Source: an uncultured Gemmatimonadaceae bacterium
Lineage (GTDB): Bacteria > Gemmatimonadota > Gemmatimonadetes > Gemmatimonadales > Gemmatimonadaceae
Assembly (NCBI GenBank): GCA_963740355.1
Contig: CAVUDW010000003.1
Span: forward strand, 640,001 to 704,000
Direction: 5' to 3'
Length of the DNA stretch: 64,000 nt
Numbering within the stretch: the first letter of the stretch is position 1; each line of letters starts with the position of its first letter. A program made the position numbers and the translations under genes. Positions 10,187 through 21,426 of this stretch are shown piece by piece. Under the pieces are notes generated by a model that was not told the DNA's origin, made no database searches, and saw nothing but the letters and a program-made list of their open reading frames with translations.

Positions 10187-11137
10187 CTACTCGAACGCAC
10201 CCATGAAGGCGATCGCCGCCGGCCCGAGCACCACGATCATGAGCGCTGGCAGAATCAGGAACGCTAACGGAATAACCATCTTCAGCGCAGCCTGCGCCGC
10301 ACGCTTCTCAGCACGCTGCCGACGCTTCTGGCGCAACGTGTCCGCGTTCACCCGTAATACGCGTCCAATAGATGTGCCCAGCCGCTCGCACTGCACCATG
10401 CTCGAGACGAGTGTTCGAAGTTCTTCCACACCAGTGCGACGATACAGGCTCTGCAGTGCCTGTTCCCGGATCATGCCAGCATTCACGCGCCGGACGACCT
10501 GCGCCATCTCCATCGCCATCTCGGGATGGGCTGAATACAGGTCGCGCGACGTCCGAACCATTGCCGCATCGAGACTGACTCCGGCTTCCACGCACACAAC
10601 CAGGAGGTCGAGCGCGTCGGGCACCGCCTTCCGAATCTTGTCGCAGCGACTCTGCGCCAGCCGGTCGAGCGCGGCCTTCGGGCCGAACAACCCTCCCACG
10701 ATGGAGATCATCACCAGCGAGACATAGTAGACGATGTCATCCTTCGGACCGAACGTCACCGCAAGGATCGGCAGGATCACCAAGGAGGCGACGCGAATCG
10801 CGCCAAAGAGGATCGGTGCCGCCGCGCCGTCGAGACCGGCATGCACGAGCTTCTCAGCAGAGGCCTCACCGGAGAGCAGGTCTGCAGGCATGCGCTCACC
10901 CAACCAGCCAGCCACTCGCGACACGCGATCTTCCTCGGGATTCAGCAGCAGCCGAGCGACCATTCGCTCGGCATCTCCAGTCGTGTCCCCACCCAGGCGC
11001 TCAACAACCTTCTTGCGGCCACGCTCGGCCATCAGTACGTACACCGCCGTGACGACCCCGACGATGGCAGTAATCGCGAAAAAGATAAGGGAGAGAGGAA
11101 TTTCACCCCATGGAAGCGTGAGTGTCTTGTCCATCAC
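10187..11137 (-). CDS. tadC: Tad pilus inner-membrane platform protein TadC (T2SS F family)
   Basis: PDALDLLVVCVEAG.SLDAA, Q.E..GTSI...LR, AE..A.....KM..P motifs. Confidence 0.92.
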   Translation of the reverse strand: MMDKTLTLPWGEIPLSLIFFAITAIVGVVTAVYVLMAERGRKKVVERLGGDTTGDAERMVARLLLNPEEDRVSRVAGWLGERMPADLLSGEASAEKLVHAGLDGAAAPILFGAIRVASLVILPILAVTFGPKDDIVYYVSLVMISIVGGLFGPKAALDRLAQSRCDKIRKAVPDALDLLVVCVEAGVSLDAAMVRTSRDLYSAHPEMAMEMAQVVRRVNAGMIREQALQSLYRRTGVEELRTLVSSMVQCERLGTSIGRVLRVNADTLRQKRRQRAEKRAAQAALKMVIPLAFLILPALMIVVLGPAAIAFMGAFE

Positions 11138-12102
11138 ATTTCCGTGTCGGCGATCTTCATCATGATGAAAAATCCCACTGCCATCGAGATGATCGCGTAC
11201 GCAATCATCGCATGTCCGGTATCGGTGGTCGTGAGCGGACGCATGTAGTCGGGACTCATGATCGTGATCGCACCATACACAAGGAACGGCAGTGCGGTCA
11301 GGATATACGCCGAAAGCTTCGGCTCGGCGGTCAATGTCTCGACCTGTCCGCGGAACGCCAGTCGCTGCCGCACCATATGCGCAATATTGCCAAGGAGCTC
11401 GGTCAGGTTGCCACCAGTCTCCCGCTGCAGCAGCAGCGACGTCACGAACATCCGCGCATCTTCAGTACCAATGCGTTCCTGTAACGCGATAAGCGCCGTA
11501 CGAACGTCTACGCCAAGGCGAGCCTCGTCATGGAAGCGGACCAGCTCCGGCCCCAACGGTGCAGAGGTTTCCCGGCCGGCAAACTCGATCGCCGCCTGCA
11601 GTGAATAACCCGCCTTGAGAGCGTTGATCAGCAGTTCCAGCGCATCCGGCAGCTGGTCCGTGAAGGCCTTCTTCCGCCTCGCCTTCCGCTGCCGCAGCAC
11701 CAGTAGTGGGATCGGCAGCCCAATCACCAGCCCTGCCAAGCCAAGGACGCCGCCGCCGGCCCACTGTCCTGCCGTGAGGCCGATCAATCCGCTGAGTATC
11801 ACGAACAGGATCACTTCTCCCGGCCGCTGGCGTGACCCCGCCTGCGCAATCTCGCGTTCGAGCCAGAACGCGATGCCGCGCCCGGACAGCAACTGCTCCA
11901 GGACCGGGATGTCGGACACGCGCGAATCGCGCAGGATCGAGATTGGCACTTCGCTGCGGATCACGCCGCCGCCCATGTCACCACCGAGGCGCGCACGCAC
12001 GGAATCTGCGGCCGCGAGGCGTCGACGGTTCACGAAGACGAATCCGCCCACGACCAGCAGCAGCGCGCCGACAAAGACGGAGACGAGGAGAAGCGCGTTC
12101 AT
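11134..12102 (-). CDS. tadB: Tad pilus inner-membrane platform protein TadB
   Basis: QLPDALEL....LKAGYS, QRETGGNL.E.L, LTAE.KLS motifs. GTGA overlap with tadC. Confidence 0.92.
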   Translation of the reverse strand: MNALLLVSVFVGALLLVVGGFVFVNRRRLAAADSVRARLGGDMGGGVIRSEVPISILRDSRVSDIPVLEQLLSGRGIAFWLEREIAQAGSRQRPGEVILFVILSGLIGLTAGQWAGGGVLGLAGLVIGLPIPLLVLRQRKARRKKAFTDQLPDALELLINALKAGYSLQAAIEFAGRETSAPLGPELVRFHDEARLGVDVRTALIALQERIGTEDARMFVTSLLLQRETGGNLTELLGNIAHMVRQRLAFRGQVETLTAEPKLSAYILTALPFLVYGAITIMSPDYMRPLTTTDTGHAMIAYAIISMAVGFFIMMKIADTEM

Positions 12103-12115
12103 CGCTCGACCTTCC

Positions 12116-13558
<1,443 letters not shown>

Positions 13559-13563
13559 TCTTC

Positions 13564-14760
13564 CTACCTCCTCAACAGGCCGAATAGCCTTGAACGACGG
13601 CCGGCGCCATTCGTGCCAGCGGTATCACGGGCCTGTGTCTCCGCAGCCGTCTCGAGCCCGCCGATGAATCGCGTTGCGAGCGCATCGTACGCCTTCGCAA
13701 GCGCCGAGCCTGCAGCATGTCGAAGGAATGGGACACCTTGCGCCTGCGCCTCGCTGGCAACGGCGAAATCATTGGGGAGCCTGCCGTCGATCGTGTGTCC
13801 CAGCACCTTCTGCGCCTCAGCGGGCGTCACGAGATTCGTCGAACCCTCGCGATTGATAACCACGCGGATCTTGTCGTCGCCATATCCCAGCTCGCGGAAG
13901 ATGCCGAGCGAGCGTTTCGCAACCACGAGCGACGACACCTGCAGCTGTGCCACGAGAATGATCTGGTCAGCCGAGTCGAGCGTTGCGACCGTGCGCGCCT
14001 CGAAGGCGTGCTCACAGTCCACGATCGTGTGTTCATAGGACTGCCGGCACTGACCAAGCAGGGCAGACACAACATCCCCCGTCAGGATCGGGGCAATATC
14101 GAGTCGCTCAGTTGCAGCGAGGACGGACAGACCATCCGGTCCCTCTGCGGCAACCGACTCGAGCAGGGCGCGATCGAGTCGATCGACCTTGACCGCCAGT
14201 TCGCCAACATCGTAGTCCGGCTTCATGTTGAGTTGCAGCGCGACATCACCGAGCCCCACGACCAGATCGACGATCGCCACACGACGACCGCGCTTCCGGG
14301 CGATGCCATGCGCGAGGTTCACGGCGATCGTCGTCGCGCCTTGGCCACCCTTGGGGCAAAAGACCGCGGTAACGCTTCCGCGCACCGGAGCCAGAGCCCA
14401 GCGCCGTTCGAGCCGCGCGACAGACGCAGTGAACTCCTCCGTCGTTGCCCGTGACGTCAGAAACTCGGCAATGCCGGCACGCATCGTGTTCAATACGATT
14501 TCGGCGCTCGCCTCCGGCGCCGTACCGATGGCCGCCAGCGCCTGAGCATCGCGCAGCAGCCGCTCCAAAATCACCTTCTCGCCACCCGACACCAACGCCA
14601 CCGGCACGATCAGCAGTTCGTACGCGTGCGACTGCACCGCCTCGAGCGCGGCCCCCAGGGTTGCGCACCGCATCGGCGGTGCAAAGCCCACGCGCACCAA
14701 CGCCGCAACGAGCGGATCAGGCGTCTCGAACGCGCCATCGACCAGCACACACTGTCTCAT
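13564..14760 (-). CDS. cpaE: TadZ/CpaE pilus localisation protein (degenerate receiver + ParA/MinD-like domain)
   Basis: [14 protein letters not shown] deviant Walker A, LPND motif, position between secretin and ATPase. Confidence 0.88.
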   Translation of the reverse strand: MRQCVLVDGAFETPDPLVAALVRVGFAPPMRCATLGAALEAVQSHAYELLIVPVALVSGGEKVILERLLRDAQALAAIGTAPEASAEIVLNTMRAGIAEFLTSRATTEEFTASVARLERRWALAPVRGSVTAVFCPKGGQGATTIAVNLAHGIARKRGRRVAIVDLVVGLGDVALQLNMKPDYDVGELAVKVDRLDRALLESVAAEGPDGLSVLAATERLDIAPILTGDVVSALLGQCRQSYEHTIVDCEHAFEARTVATLDSADQIILVAQLQVSSLVVAKRSLGIFRELGYGDDKIRVVINREGSTNLVTPAEAQKVLGHTIDGRLPNDFAVASEAQAQGVPFLRHAAGSALAKAYDALATRFIGGLETAAETQARDTAGTNGAGRRSRLFGLLRR

Positions 14761-14776
14761 CGCGCGACCCGATTCG

Positions 14777-16012
14777 TCAACGTGTCTCTGGAGCGCCGGG
14801 TCGGCGCACCGGATCCGGCCCGGGCGGTGCTGGCAAACGCTTCTGGATCGCGTCAGTGGCCGGTGGCACGATCGGGTCGGGTTTGAGCTGAATCACGTCT
14901 CGTGCCCTTGGCGCGTTCGGATCGAATAGCTCGGGCGTGACGATGATGAGCAACTCCGATTCGTTCTTCTGCCAACGCGTGCTGGAGAACAGTGCGCCGA
15001 GAATCGGCAGGCGCATCAAGCCTGGTATTCCGTCTTTGACGGCTTCGCGTTCTTCGTTGAAGAGGCCGGACAGGATCAGGCTCTGCCCCGGGCGCACATC
15101 GACCGTCGTTCCAAGCCGACGGGTGCGCAGCGCAGGAATGCGGAAGCCACTAAGTAAAAGCGCGTTGCCGAAGTCGAGTGTCGATACTTCCGGCTCAACA
15201 TGAAGCTTGATTAGTGAGTCAGATAGCACCTCGCCGATGAAGTTCAGCTTGATGCCGAATGGCCGGTACTGGATGGTGATCGTGATCTGGCCATTCGCGC
15301 CGGGTTGCGCAATCGGAATCGGAATTTCTCCGCCCGCCAGAAAGCTCGCGGTGTCTCGATTGCCAGCCAAGAGCGTTGGCTCCGCAAGAGAGCGCGCGTT
15401 GCCTTGGCGTTCCTGCGCTGTGATATAGGCTGAGATATCTCCAGTCGACCAACTTGCAACACCGCTTAGGAAACGCGATGTGAGCGAGCTTCCGATTGGC
15501 GGCGCATTGGAGTTGTCCGGTGCCAGTACACCGGTACCACCGGTCTGTGAACCGTCACCCGTGCGATTGGTTCCGCGCGCCGACACGCCATATTCGAGCA
15601 ATGATTCTCGCCGCACCTCTGCGAACTTGACCCCAAGCGCGATCTGGCGCCTCTCGACCGCGCTGTAGACAGTCACGCGCAAGTGTCGTCGGCCGAGCGT
15701 CGGGCCAGAGAGAAGCACGTCAGTCTCGCCCGCCTGCTTCGCATTCACGACCACGCTGCGATCGGTGAGCACGACGACGTCGGCGATCTCCGGGTTCGCA
15801 ATCGTGACCTGCGTCACGGACGATGCGAGATCGATCGGCAACGATCGGCCGACGCCCAGCGCGATTGCCTCGACAGGCGTTGAGCTCGGCACTGGCGGAG
15901 CTGCGACGGGTTGGGCCGCGACAGTTGCCCCCACGACCGATGCAGCAATGAGAGCGAGCGCGATCGTCCTCACCTGCGAAAATGATGCGCGCAACGAACG
16001 GAGTAGCGGCAC
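14777..16012 (-). CDS. cpaC: Tad secretin RcpA/CpaC
   Basis: IANPEIADV N-domain, LAEPTL, ASFLAGGEIPIP, PEVS.LD, IPGL..LPILGALF, ELLIIVTP. Confidence 0.93.
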   Translation of the reverse strand: MPLLRSLRASFSQVRTIALALIAASVVGATVAAQPVAAPPVPSSTPVEAIALGVGRSLPIDLASSVTQVTIANPEIADVVVLTDRSVVVNAKQAGETDVLLSGPTLGRRHLRVTVYSAVERRQIALGVKFAEVRRESLLEYGVSARGTNRTGDGSQTGGTGVLAPDNSNAPPIGSSLTSRFLSGVASWSTGDISAYITAQERQGNARSLAEPTLLAGNRDTASFLAGGEIPIPIAQPGANGQITITIQYRPFGIKLNFIGEVLSDSLIKLHVEPEVSTLDFGNALLLSGFRIPALRTRRLGTTVDVRPGQSLILSGLFNEEREAVKDGIPGLMRLPILGALFSSTRWQKNESELLIIVTPELFDPNAPRARDVIQLKPDPIVPPATDAIQKRLPAPPGPDPVRRPGAPETR

Positions 16013-16098
16013 AGAAGTGGAAGGTCAGGGGAGTGGAACGAAGGACTGGTGGGGTCGGCAACTCGAATCAACTACTGCACCGAAGCATGGGAGATCGA

Positions 16099-17049
16099 TC
16101 AGGGCTTTCTGGTCTTGGCGGTGTCCGAAGCAGGCAACTGCTGCTGCGACATCTGCGAGCCGCGATAGACACGAACGGTGGTGGACTCCGGCTTGGCCGG
16201 CTTTGGTGCCTCTATGACCACTGCCGGCGCCGCAACGGGCTTCGGCGGGACGGCCACAGCAGCGCGGCGTGGTGCCGCCTTAGGCTCCGGGCGCAGATTC
16301 TCCTCCATGCCACGAACAGCATCGCGCCCACCACGCAGCTGTGCCAGCACGTCCTTGGCATCGGCGCCGTCGGTCGAAATCGAGTCGGGATCGCCGTACC
16401 CGCGCATCACGAGTTGGATTGTGCCCTCGCGCATGGCGACCGCGAGCCGCTCAGCTTCATCTGGCGTCACTTCCAGCGCCGCGGTCGCTGCATTCATCGC
16501 CTTGCCGTCAGCGCCAGGCTGCACTTCCGCGCCAATCGACAATACCCGCATGTTGCTCATGAAGAGCTTCGAGACCTGCTCGTTCTTACCATCCTTAGTG
16601 TCGCGCAGAGTCACCAGCACATCGACTCGACTGTTTGGCTGGATCAGGCCATTGAGCCCCGCCACATCGTTGATTCGGACCGCCATCGCGCGCTTACCTG
16701 TCGCGATCTTCACCGCGAGACCCGCCGTCGTTCCGTTTGGAGCGAGACGACCCGGCACCATGGGTTCACCCTTAAAGATTGCCACGCGCGCCACGCGCCC
16801 AATGAGCGAGTCCGGTCCTTCGAAAACACCCGCGGGAACAGTCGCTTCCGGCCACTGCGCGACCGTAAGCGCTGCGGGCGTTAGCGGAGCACCCTCCGGG
16901 ATGTCGAACGCTGCAACCACCACTGCGCGCGTCGCAACGCGCGAATTCGCGCGCATTGTCGTCATCACGCGATAGACGCCAAACGTCGCAGCGCCGGCAA
17001 TCACGAGCGCAAGATAAAGAACAAACCGATAGCGACGTTCACCAATCAT
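16099..17049 (-). CDS. cpaB: Flp pilus assembly protein CpaB/RcpC
   Basis: N-terminal TM, SAF domain (VVAA.DIP.G), GKRAMAV, PNSRVDVL, LEVTP.EAE.L. Confidence 0.93.
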   Translation of the reverse strand: MIGERRYRFVLYLALVIAGAATFGVYRVMTTMRANSRVATRAVVVAAFDIPEGAPLTPAALTVAQWPEATVPAGVFEGPDSLIGRVARVAIFKGEPMVPGRLAPNGTTAGLAVKIATGKRAMAVRINDVAGLNGLIQPNSRVDVLVTLRDTKDGKNEQVSKLFMSNMRVLSIGAEVQPGADGKAMNAATAALEVTPDEAERLAVAMREGTIQLVMRGYGDPDSISTDGADAKDVLAQLRGGRDAVRGMEENLRPEPKAAPRRAAVAVPPKPVAAPAVVIEAPKPAKPESTTVRVYRGSQMSQQQLPASDTAKTRKP

Positions 17050-17085
17050 GATGGATGGCCTGAGAAGCAGGGTACTACCAATGCA

Positions 17086-17559
17086 TTAGGGTACCGGCGA
17101 CAGCTCCCATCGGTACAACGCCGAGACGCTGAGTGTCAGCAACGAAGTGTTGTAGTTGATCAGTCGGAATACTGGCGTGATTGGCGTGAACCGGACTCCG
17201 CTGACTCGTACCGCAACGTTCGTGGCGACTCCAGCTGCACATGATCCAGGCGTTGAAACGGTGATATTCGAGTTTGTCACCGCAATCCCTAGAGGTGTAA
17301 GGTACTGCCTCACGCGACTTTTCATCGAATCTGCCATAGCGCTAGTGCACGGCGTTGTCATAACAGCGCCAGATCGAGCGCCCTCTCGCGCAGCCGCAAA
17401 AAGATTGTTGCGCAGGAAAAACGCACGCCCAAAATCAATGACACCGAAAAGCAGCACGATCAATACCGGGAAGATGATCGCAAACTCCACGACGGCAGCT
17501 CCACGTTCATCTTCGACGGCGCCGAGCTTCATGCTCTGAAGTGAATTCGCGCGAAGCAT
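17086..17559 (-). CDS. tadE: TadE-like pseudopilin
   Basis: ERG/AAVVEFA...FGVIDFGR...AAREGAR. ATG overlaps the cpaA stop (TGATG). Confidence 0.9.
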   Translation of the reverse strand: MLRANSLQSMKLGAVEDERGAAVVEFAIIFPVLIVLLFGVIDFGRAFFLRNNLFAAAREGARSGAVMTTPCTSAMADSMKSRVRQYLTPLGIAVTNSNITVSTPGSCAAGVATNVAVRVSGVRFTPITPVFRLINYNTSLLTLSVSALYRWELSPVP

Positions 17560-18086
17560 CAAATGATTCCCATGCGGGGTTGGAACTGCGACCACCACGC
17601 CCAAACACAGCCGACTGAGATCGCGATACCGTACGGAACGCGGTCGTCATCCGGCTCGTCATCAAGTTGAAACTGCGAGAACTTGGAGCGGGCGGCGACC
17701 GCATTTCGCACCTCCGCCGTCCGGAGAAAATACACCGCGACGACGCCACCCGCGATGGCAGTCGCTAGGGCTGCTGTGATACTCAGCGCAGGGCCGAGCC
17801 AAAGCGACGCGGCTGCAAAAAGCTTGACATCGCCTCCACCCATTACGCGCAGCGCTAGAAGCGTCATTCCGAGCACGAAGGAACCGCCAGCTGCGAGCAA
17901 CCCCGCCTGGAGGCTGGCTGGGCCGCGGCCAAACCAGCAGACAAACACGCCAAGTATCGCCATCGACGCGGTCAGCGCGTTCGGAATCCGGCGCGTAAGC
18001 ACATCACATACCGAGGCCGCAAAGAGAAGCAGCAGAAAGACACTGAGTACAACGCCGTTCAGCAATGCGTCAGAATTCAATTCCAT
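17559..18086 (-). CDS. cpaA: A24 prepilin peptidase CpaA/TadV
   Basis: D..TRRIPN, MGGGDVKL, VPYGIAI motifs. Confidence 0.92.
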   Translation of the reverse strand: MELNSDALLNGVVLSVFLLLLFAASVCDVLTRRIPNALTASMAILGVFVCWFGRGPASLQAGLLAAGGSFVLGMTLLALRVMGGGDVKLFAAASLWLGPALSITAALATAIAGGVVAVYFLRTAEVRNAVAARSKFSQFQLDDEPDDDRVPYGIAISVGCVWAWWSQFQPRMGII

Positions 18087-18194
18087 AGTTGCTCGGACGA
18101 CCACGTACACCAGAAATTTTCACGACCACTCTTTCAGCGCTTTACCAGAACTTCGGTCAATGCAACACGGCGAAGCCAGGCTCAGGGCATGGGT

Positions 18195-18374
18195 CTAGGG
18201 GCTGCTGATGCGCGTTGCAGTCGAATCGAGCCGAGAACTGACAGACCCGCCCAGCGCTTTTGCGGCCACAATTACGATGACGGCAATCGCTGCCACCAAC
18301 ATGGCATACTCAGCCATGGTCGCTCCGCGCGTCCCCTGCAGCGCACGCTTCAACTCATTAATAGGTTTAGACAT
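18195..18374 (-). CDS. flp: Flp family type IVc pilin, copy 2 (not in ORF track; 59 aa)
   Basis: Hand translation MSKPINELKRALQGTRG/ATMAEYAMLVAAIAVIVIVAAKALGGSVSSRLDSTATRISSP*. Contains the Flp G|xxxxEY motif. Confidence 0.9.
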   Translation of the reverse strand: MSKPINELKRALQGTRGATMAEYAMLVAAIAVIVIVAAKALGGSVSSRLDSTATRISSP

Positions 18375-18429
18375 GGACGCGGTGCCAATGATTCAAGGGA
18401 TCGGAAAGACGCGACAGGGACCACGACCC

Positions 18430-18465
18430 GATCACGGTGGCCTAATTTTGCAGGCCACCGTGATC
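18430..18465. terminator. Perfect 14-bp stem hairpin between the two flp genes (attenuator or mRNA stabiliser)
   Basis: gatcacggtggcct-aattttgc-aggccaccgtgatc. No U-tract on the coding strand. Confidence 0.6.
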
Positions 18466-18475
18466 AAGGATCAAC

Positions 18476-18655
18476 TCACGGGCTAGCGATGGTGGTGGCA
18501 GCTGCATCGAGCTTCGTGCTCACCGATGTACCAAGCGCCTTGGCAGCAACGATCACGACGACTGCGATCACAGCCACCAGAATGGCGTATTCTGCCATCG
18601 TGGCACCACGGGAGTTGCGCACCGCCTTCACAGCACGGGTCATGAGGGACTTCAT
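18476..18655 (-). CDS. flp: Flp family type IVc pilin, copy 1 (59 aa)
   Basis: MKSLMTRAVKAVRNSRG/ATMAEYAILVAVIAVVVIVAAKALGTSVSTKLDAAATTIASP. Strong GAGGAG RBS before ATG 18655. Confidence 0.93.
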   Translation of the reverse strand: MKSLMTRAVKAVRNSRGATMAEYAILVAVIAVVVIVAAKALGTSVSTKLDAAATTIASP

Positions 18656-19105
18656 CGACTGCTCCTCGCAAGGGGGGTGAGTACGGAATGAACGCCGACT
18701 CGGGTAACGTGCCTTCACGTTGGCACAATGGAAGTCCCGGAGCAACTTGCATTCCGATGGCGACCGCGAGCACGTAAACATTCAGACAAGCTCAGCAGAA
18801 GTCTTGTGATCCCCCCGTGATTCGGGCCTGTCGGCGACAGACTGCTGGCCAGTAACTGGTGGTTCAGTCTGACGTTACGTTCATGAACGTGTTTCGCATC
18901 TGAGACAGTGTGGTAGTTTGTGGGAGCCTTGGATTGACCGCATCTTCCCTCGCGAGCCCGGCTTTCGACCGGCATTTACTTCCCCTACGGTAATCGCCCT
19001 GTTGTAACTGTGATGGCTACACGCAACACCGCTGTAGGGGGACTGCCACATGAGAAATGATCAATCATTCAATGCCACAGCCGGCGAGCTAGGGCCGTGG
19101 GACTC

Positions 19106-20203
19106 TTAAGCTACGGCGTCCCCTTCAGGCTGCGTCCCCTGAATCCAAGACGGTAGTCGACGGACGAGGGACCGTTCCAGCCACTTCGGGGCAGAGCCGG
19201 TATTGGGGCGTCGCAAAACAAGAAACAGCGCGGGCAGGTAGGTGCACACGATTGCGAACGGACGGATCGTATCTACGAAATCGCCGTGGCCCGGCGCGTA
19301 GATCGACCACGCCGTAAAGCCAAGAAGAGTCACGAGCAGAGTGCCGATGACTTCCCGCCGCCCCTGCGGAACTAGCATCAGGGGTAGCTGATCAGCCCAG
19401 TAGGGGAGTTGTGGTACGCACGCCATCCCCACCAGCAAACGGGCCTCCGGTCGGCGCCAGCGCAAGAGCGCGAACAGAAAGACGATCCCGCCGCCAGAAA
19501 AAAGGGTGATCGGCATCGGATGCGGAGTCACGCGCCCCATGTTGCTCATTACGCCGTGAAGCCAGCCCCACACCCACCAAGGTGCGAAAAGTGTCGGTAT
19601 CACGAATGTACCCGCGCATACGAAAGCCGACCGCCAGCGCACACGGGCCACGAACATCGGCAAGCCAAGATTCGGCTTCGTTACCAGCAGACCAGCTAGT
19701 GAGGGGTAGAACCACGCCGCGCACAGCACAGGCGACCATTGGCCAAAGCGCATTGCGAACATGAACGGTACACTGCCGCTCATCCACGCATGGTGAAGTC
19801 CCCCGCGCGTGATTGCGAAGACGAAGCAAAACGCTCCGAGTGCGTTAAAAGCCGTCGACGCCACGAGGAAGGGCAGAAACGCGAGCGGCAACCAGAGCAA
19901 TACAGCAGGCAACGGGTAGTACAGCGGCTCCGTAAAGGGTATTCGCCATGAAGCTTCAGCGTGCGCTCCGATGATGGCGGCTGGATTGCGCCACACCGCG
20001 TCACTCCAGGGATCGGCCCCCGCAGCAAGGATCCTCGCAGCACGCCACAGGACGAGTGAATCGGGGGCGGCGCCATGGTCGAGAAGGTAACCATGTTGAA
20101 GCCAGGTATATGCCGCGCAGATGCTCGCGATTAACGCTGCGAGCATGAGTCGCAGCCGCCGGTCTGGCAGCTCAGGGCCGGCAGCGCGCGTCACCGGTAT
20201 CAC
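19106..20203 (-). CDS. Polytopic membrane protein, putative GT-C (GT87/DUF2029-like) glycosyltransferase, family A copy 1
   Basis: TM1 then D-x-x-x-LW..A..L..G..P[WY], PLYYPLPA, GQWS, KPNLG, RWRRPEARL. Paralogous to 20200 and 38625. Function is inferred. Confidence 0.6.
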   Translation of the reverse strand: MIPVTRAAGPELPDRRLRLMLAALIASICAAYTWLQHGYLLDHGAAPDSLVLWRAARILAAGADPWSDAVWRNPAAIIGAHAEASWRIPFTEPLYYPLPAVLLWLPLAFLPFLVASTAFNALGAFCFVFAITRGGLHHAWMSGSVPFMFAMRFGQWSPVLCAAWFYPSLAGLLVTKPNLGLPMFVARVRWRSAFVCAGTFVIPTLFAPWWVWGWLHGVMSNMGRVTPHPMPITLFSGGGIVFLFALLRWRRPEARLLVGMACVPQLPYWADQLPLMLVPQGRREVIGTLLVTLLGFTAWSIYAPGHGDFVDTIRPFAIVCTYLPALFLVLRRPNTGSAPKWLERSLVRRLPSWIQGTQPEGDAVA

Positions 20204-21276
20204 TTAGGATGATGCGAGGAGGCTTCGACCGATACCGCTTCAGGCACGACCGCAGTCGTCCCTTGCAACCACGCCGGCAGGTGAGCCGCCAAACTCTCAA
20301 CCACTTTCGGAACATTGCCGGCGTTTGGACGCAGGAGCACGATCAGCAGCGCTGGCAGGTAGGTTCCCGCCTGTGCGTAAGGCTGCATAACCGGGACATA
20401 GAACGCGACCTTTGGCGCAATCGCGTACCAGAGAAGAAATGCAACATGCCCGGTCAGGACTGTCCAGATGACCTCTCGTTGCGAAACCGCGACGGTGTTG
20501 AGCGGCAGTTGGTCTGCCCAGAACGGTAGCTGCGGGACACACGAAAAGAACGCGACGAGCCGTGCTTCGGGCCGTCGCCACCGCAGCAGGGCAGCGAGCG
20601 TGATGATCCCGGCACCACCGAATGCCCGGATTGGCGCGGGGTGTGGAGCGCCTGAGCTACCAAGGGACCCCGATACGTTTCTCCACCAGGCGAGCGGCCA
20701 GCCCGGCGCAATCGCGATGGAGAGCACGAGGATCGCCGTGCATCCGAGAATCATCGCCCGCGTCGGCCTGGCGAGAAGCAATGGCAGGCCGAGATTCGGC
20801 TTTGCCACCAAGATAAACGAGAGGAAGGGAATGGCGGCGGCCGCCACCAGCCACGTCGACCACTGCCCGAATCGCAGCACCACGATGAAGGGAACGCCGC
20901 CGCAGAGCCAGAGGCGGTGCAATCCCCCCCTAGACACCGCGAATGCGAAGAGGGCCGCGCCGAAAGCGCCGAACGCGACACTGCCAACGATGAAGGAGCC
21001 GAGGGCAAATGGTGCCCAGATCAGGAGGGCCGGCAGTGGATAGTAGAGGGGCTCGAGACGCTCCACCCATGCTGACGGATCGGCAGTCGCGATCGGGATC
21101 TGCGTCCAGACCGCAGCGTCATATGGGTTGCCGCCACCAAGCAGAATTTTGGCTCCCCGCCACAGCACTAGTGAGTCGGGCGTATCGCCCGACGCCATCA
21201 TGCTCGACTGTGTCAGATACATGAAGACCGCAGCCGCTACGCCAACAAGGAGGGCAGCGACGAGGCGACTTCGCAT
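20200..21276 (-). CDS. Polytopic membrane protein, putative GT-C (GT87/DUF2029-like), family A copy 2
   Basis: PDSLVLWRG, EPLYYPLPA, RFGQWS, KPNLGLP, RWRRPEARL, PQLPFWADQLP shared with the neighbour. Start uncertain (21276 or 21333). GTGA coupling to copy 1. Confidence 0.6.
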   Translation of the reverse strand: MRSRLVAALLVGVAAAVFMYLTQSSMMASGDTPDSLVLWRGAKILLGGGNPYDAAVWTQIPIATADPSAWVERLEPLYYPLPALLIWAPFALGSFIVGSVAFGAFGAALFAFAVSRGGLHRLWLCGGVPFIVVLRFGQWSTWLVAAAAIPFLSFILVAKPNLGLPLLLARPTRAMILGCTAILVLSIAIAPGWPLAWWRNVSGSLGSSGAPHPAPIRAFGGAGIITLAALLRWRRPEARLVAFFSCVPQLPFWADQLPLNTVAVSQREVIWTVLTGHVAFLLWYAIAPKVAFYVPVMQPYAQAGTYLPALLIVLLRPNAGNVPKVVESLAAHLPAWLQGTTAVVPEAVSVEASSHHPK

Positions 21277-21426
21277 GGATGGTCCACGGGCATCCCTCGT
21301 CTCAGGCCCGTCAGTGATTCCGATGCGATTCATCTTGGCAAGTTGCTTGCGGTGCGAGGCCAGACGCAAATGGCCGCTCGCGTCGGCACACGCGATCACG
21401 AGCGAGCCACGTCGACGTCGAGCGCC

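Noticed and set aside
18930..18990. Possible c-di-GMP-I riboswitch upstream of flp (GAAA-capped hairpin)
   Set aside because: It lacks the GGCAAA and GACGCAAAG conserved flanks by eye. An Rfam scan would be needed.
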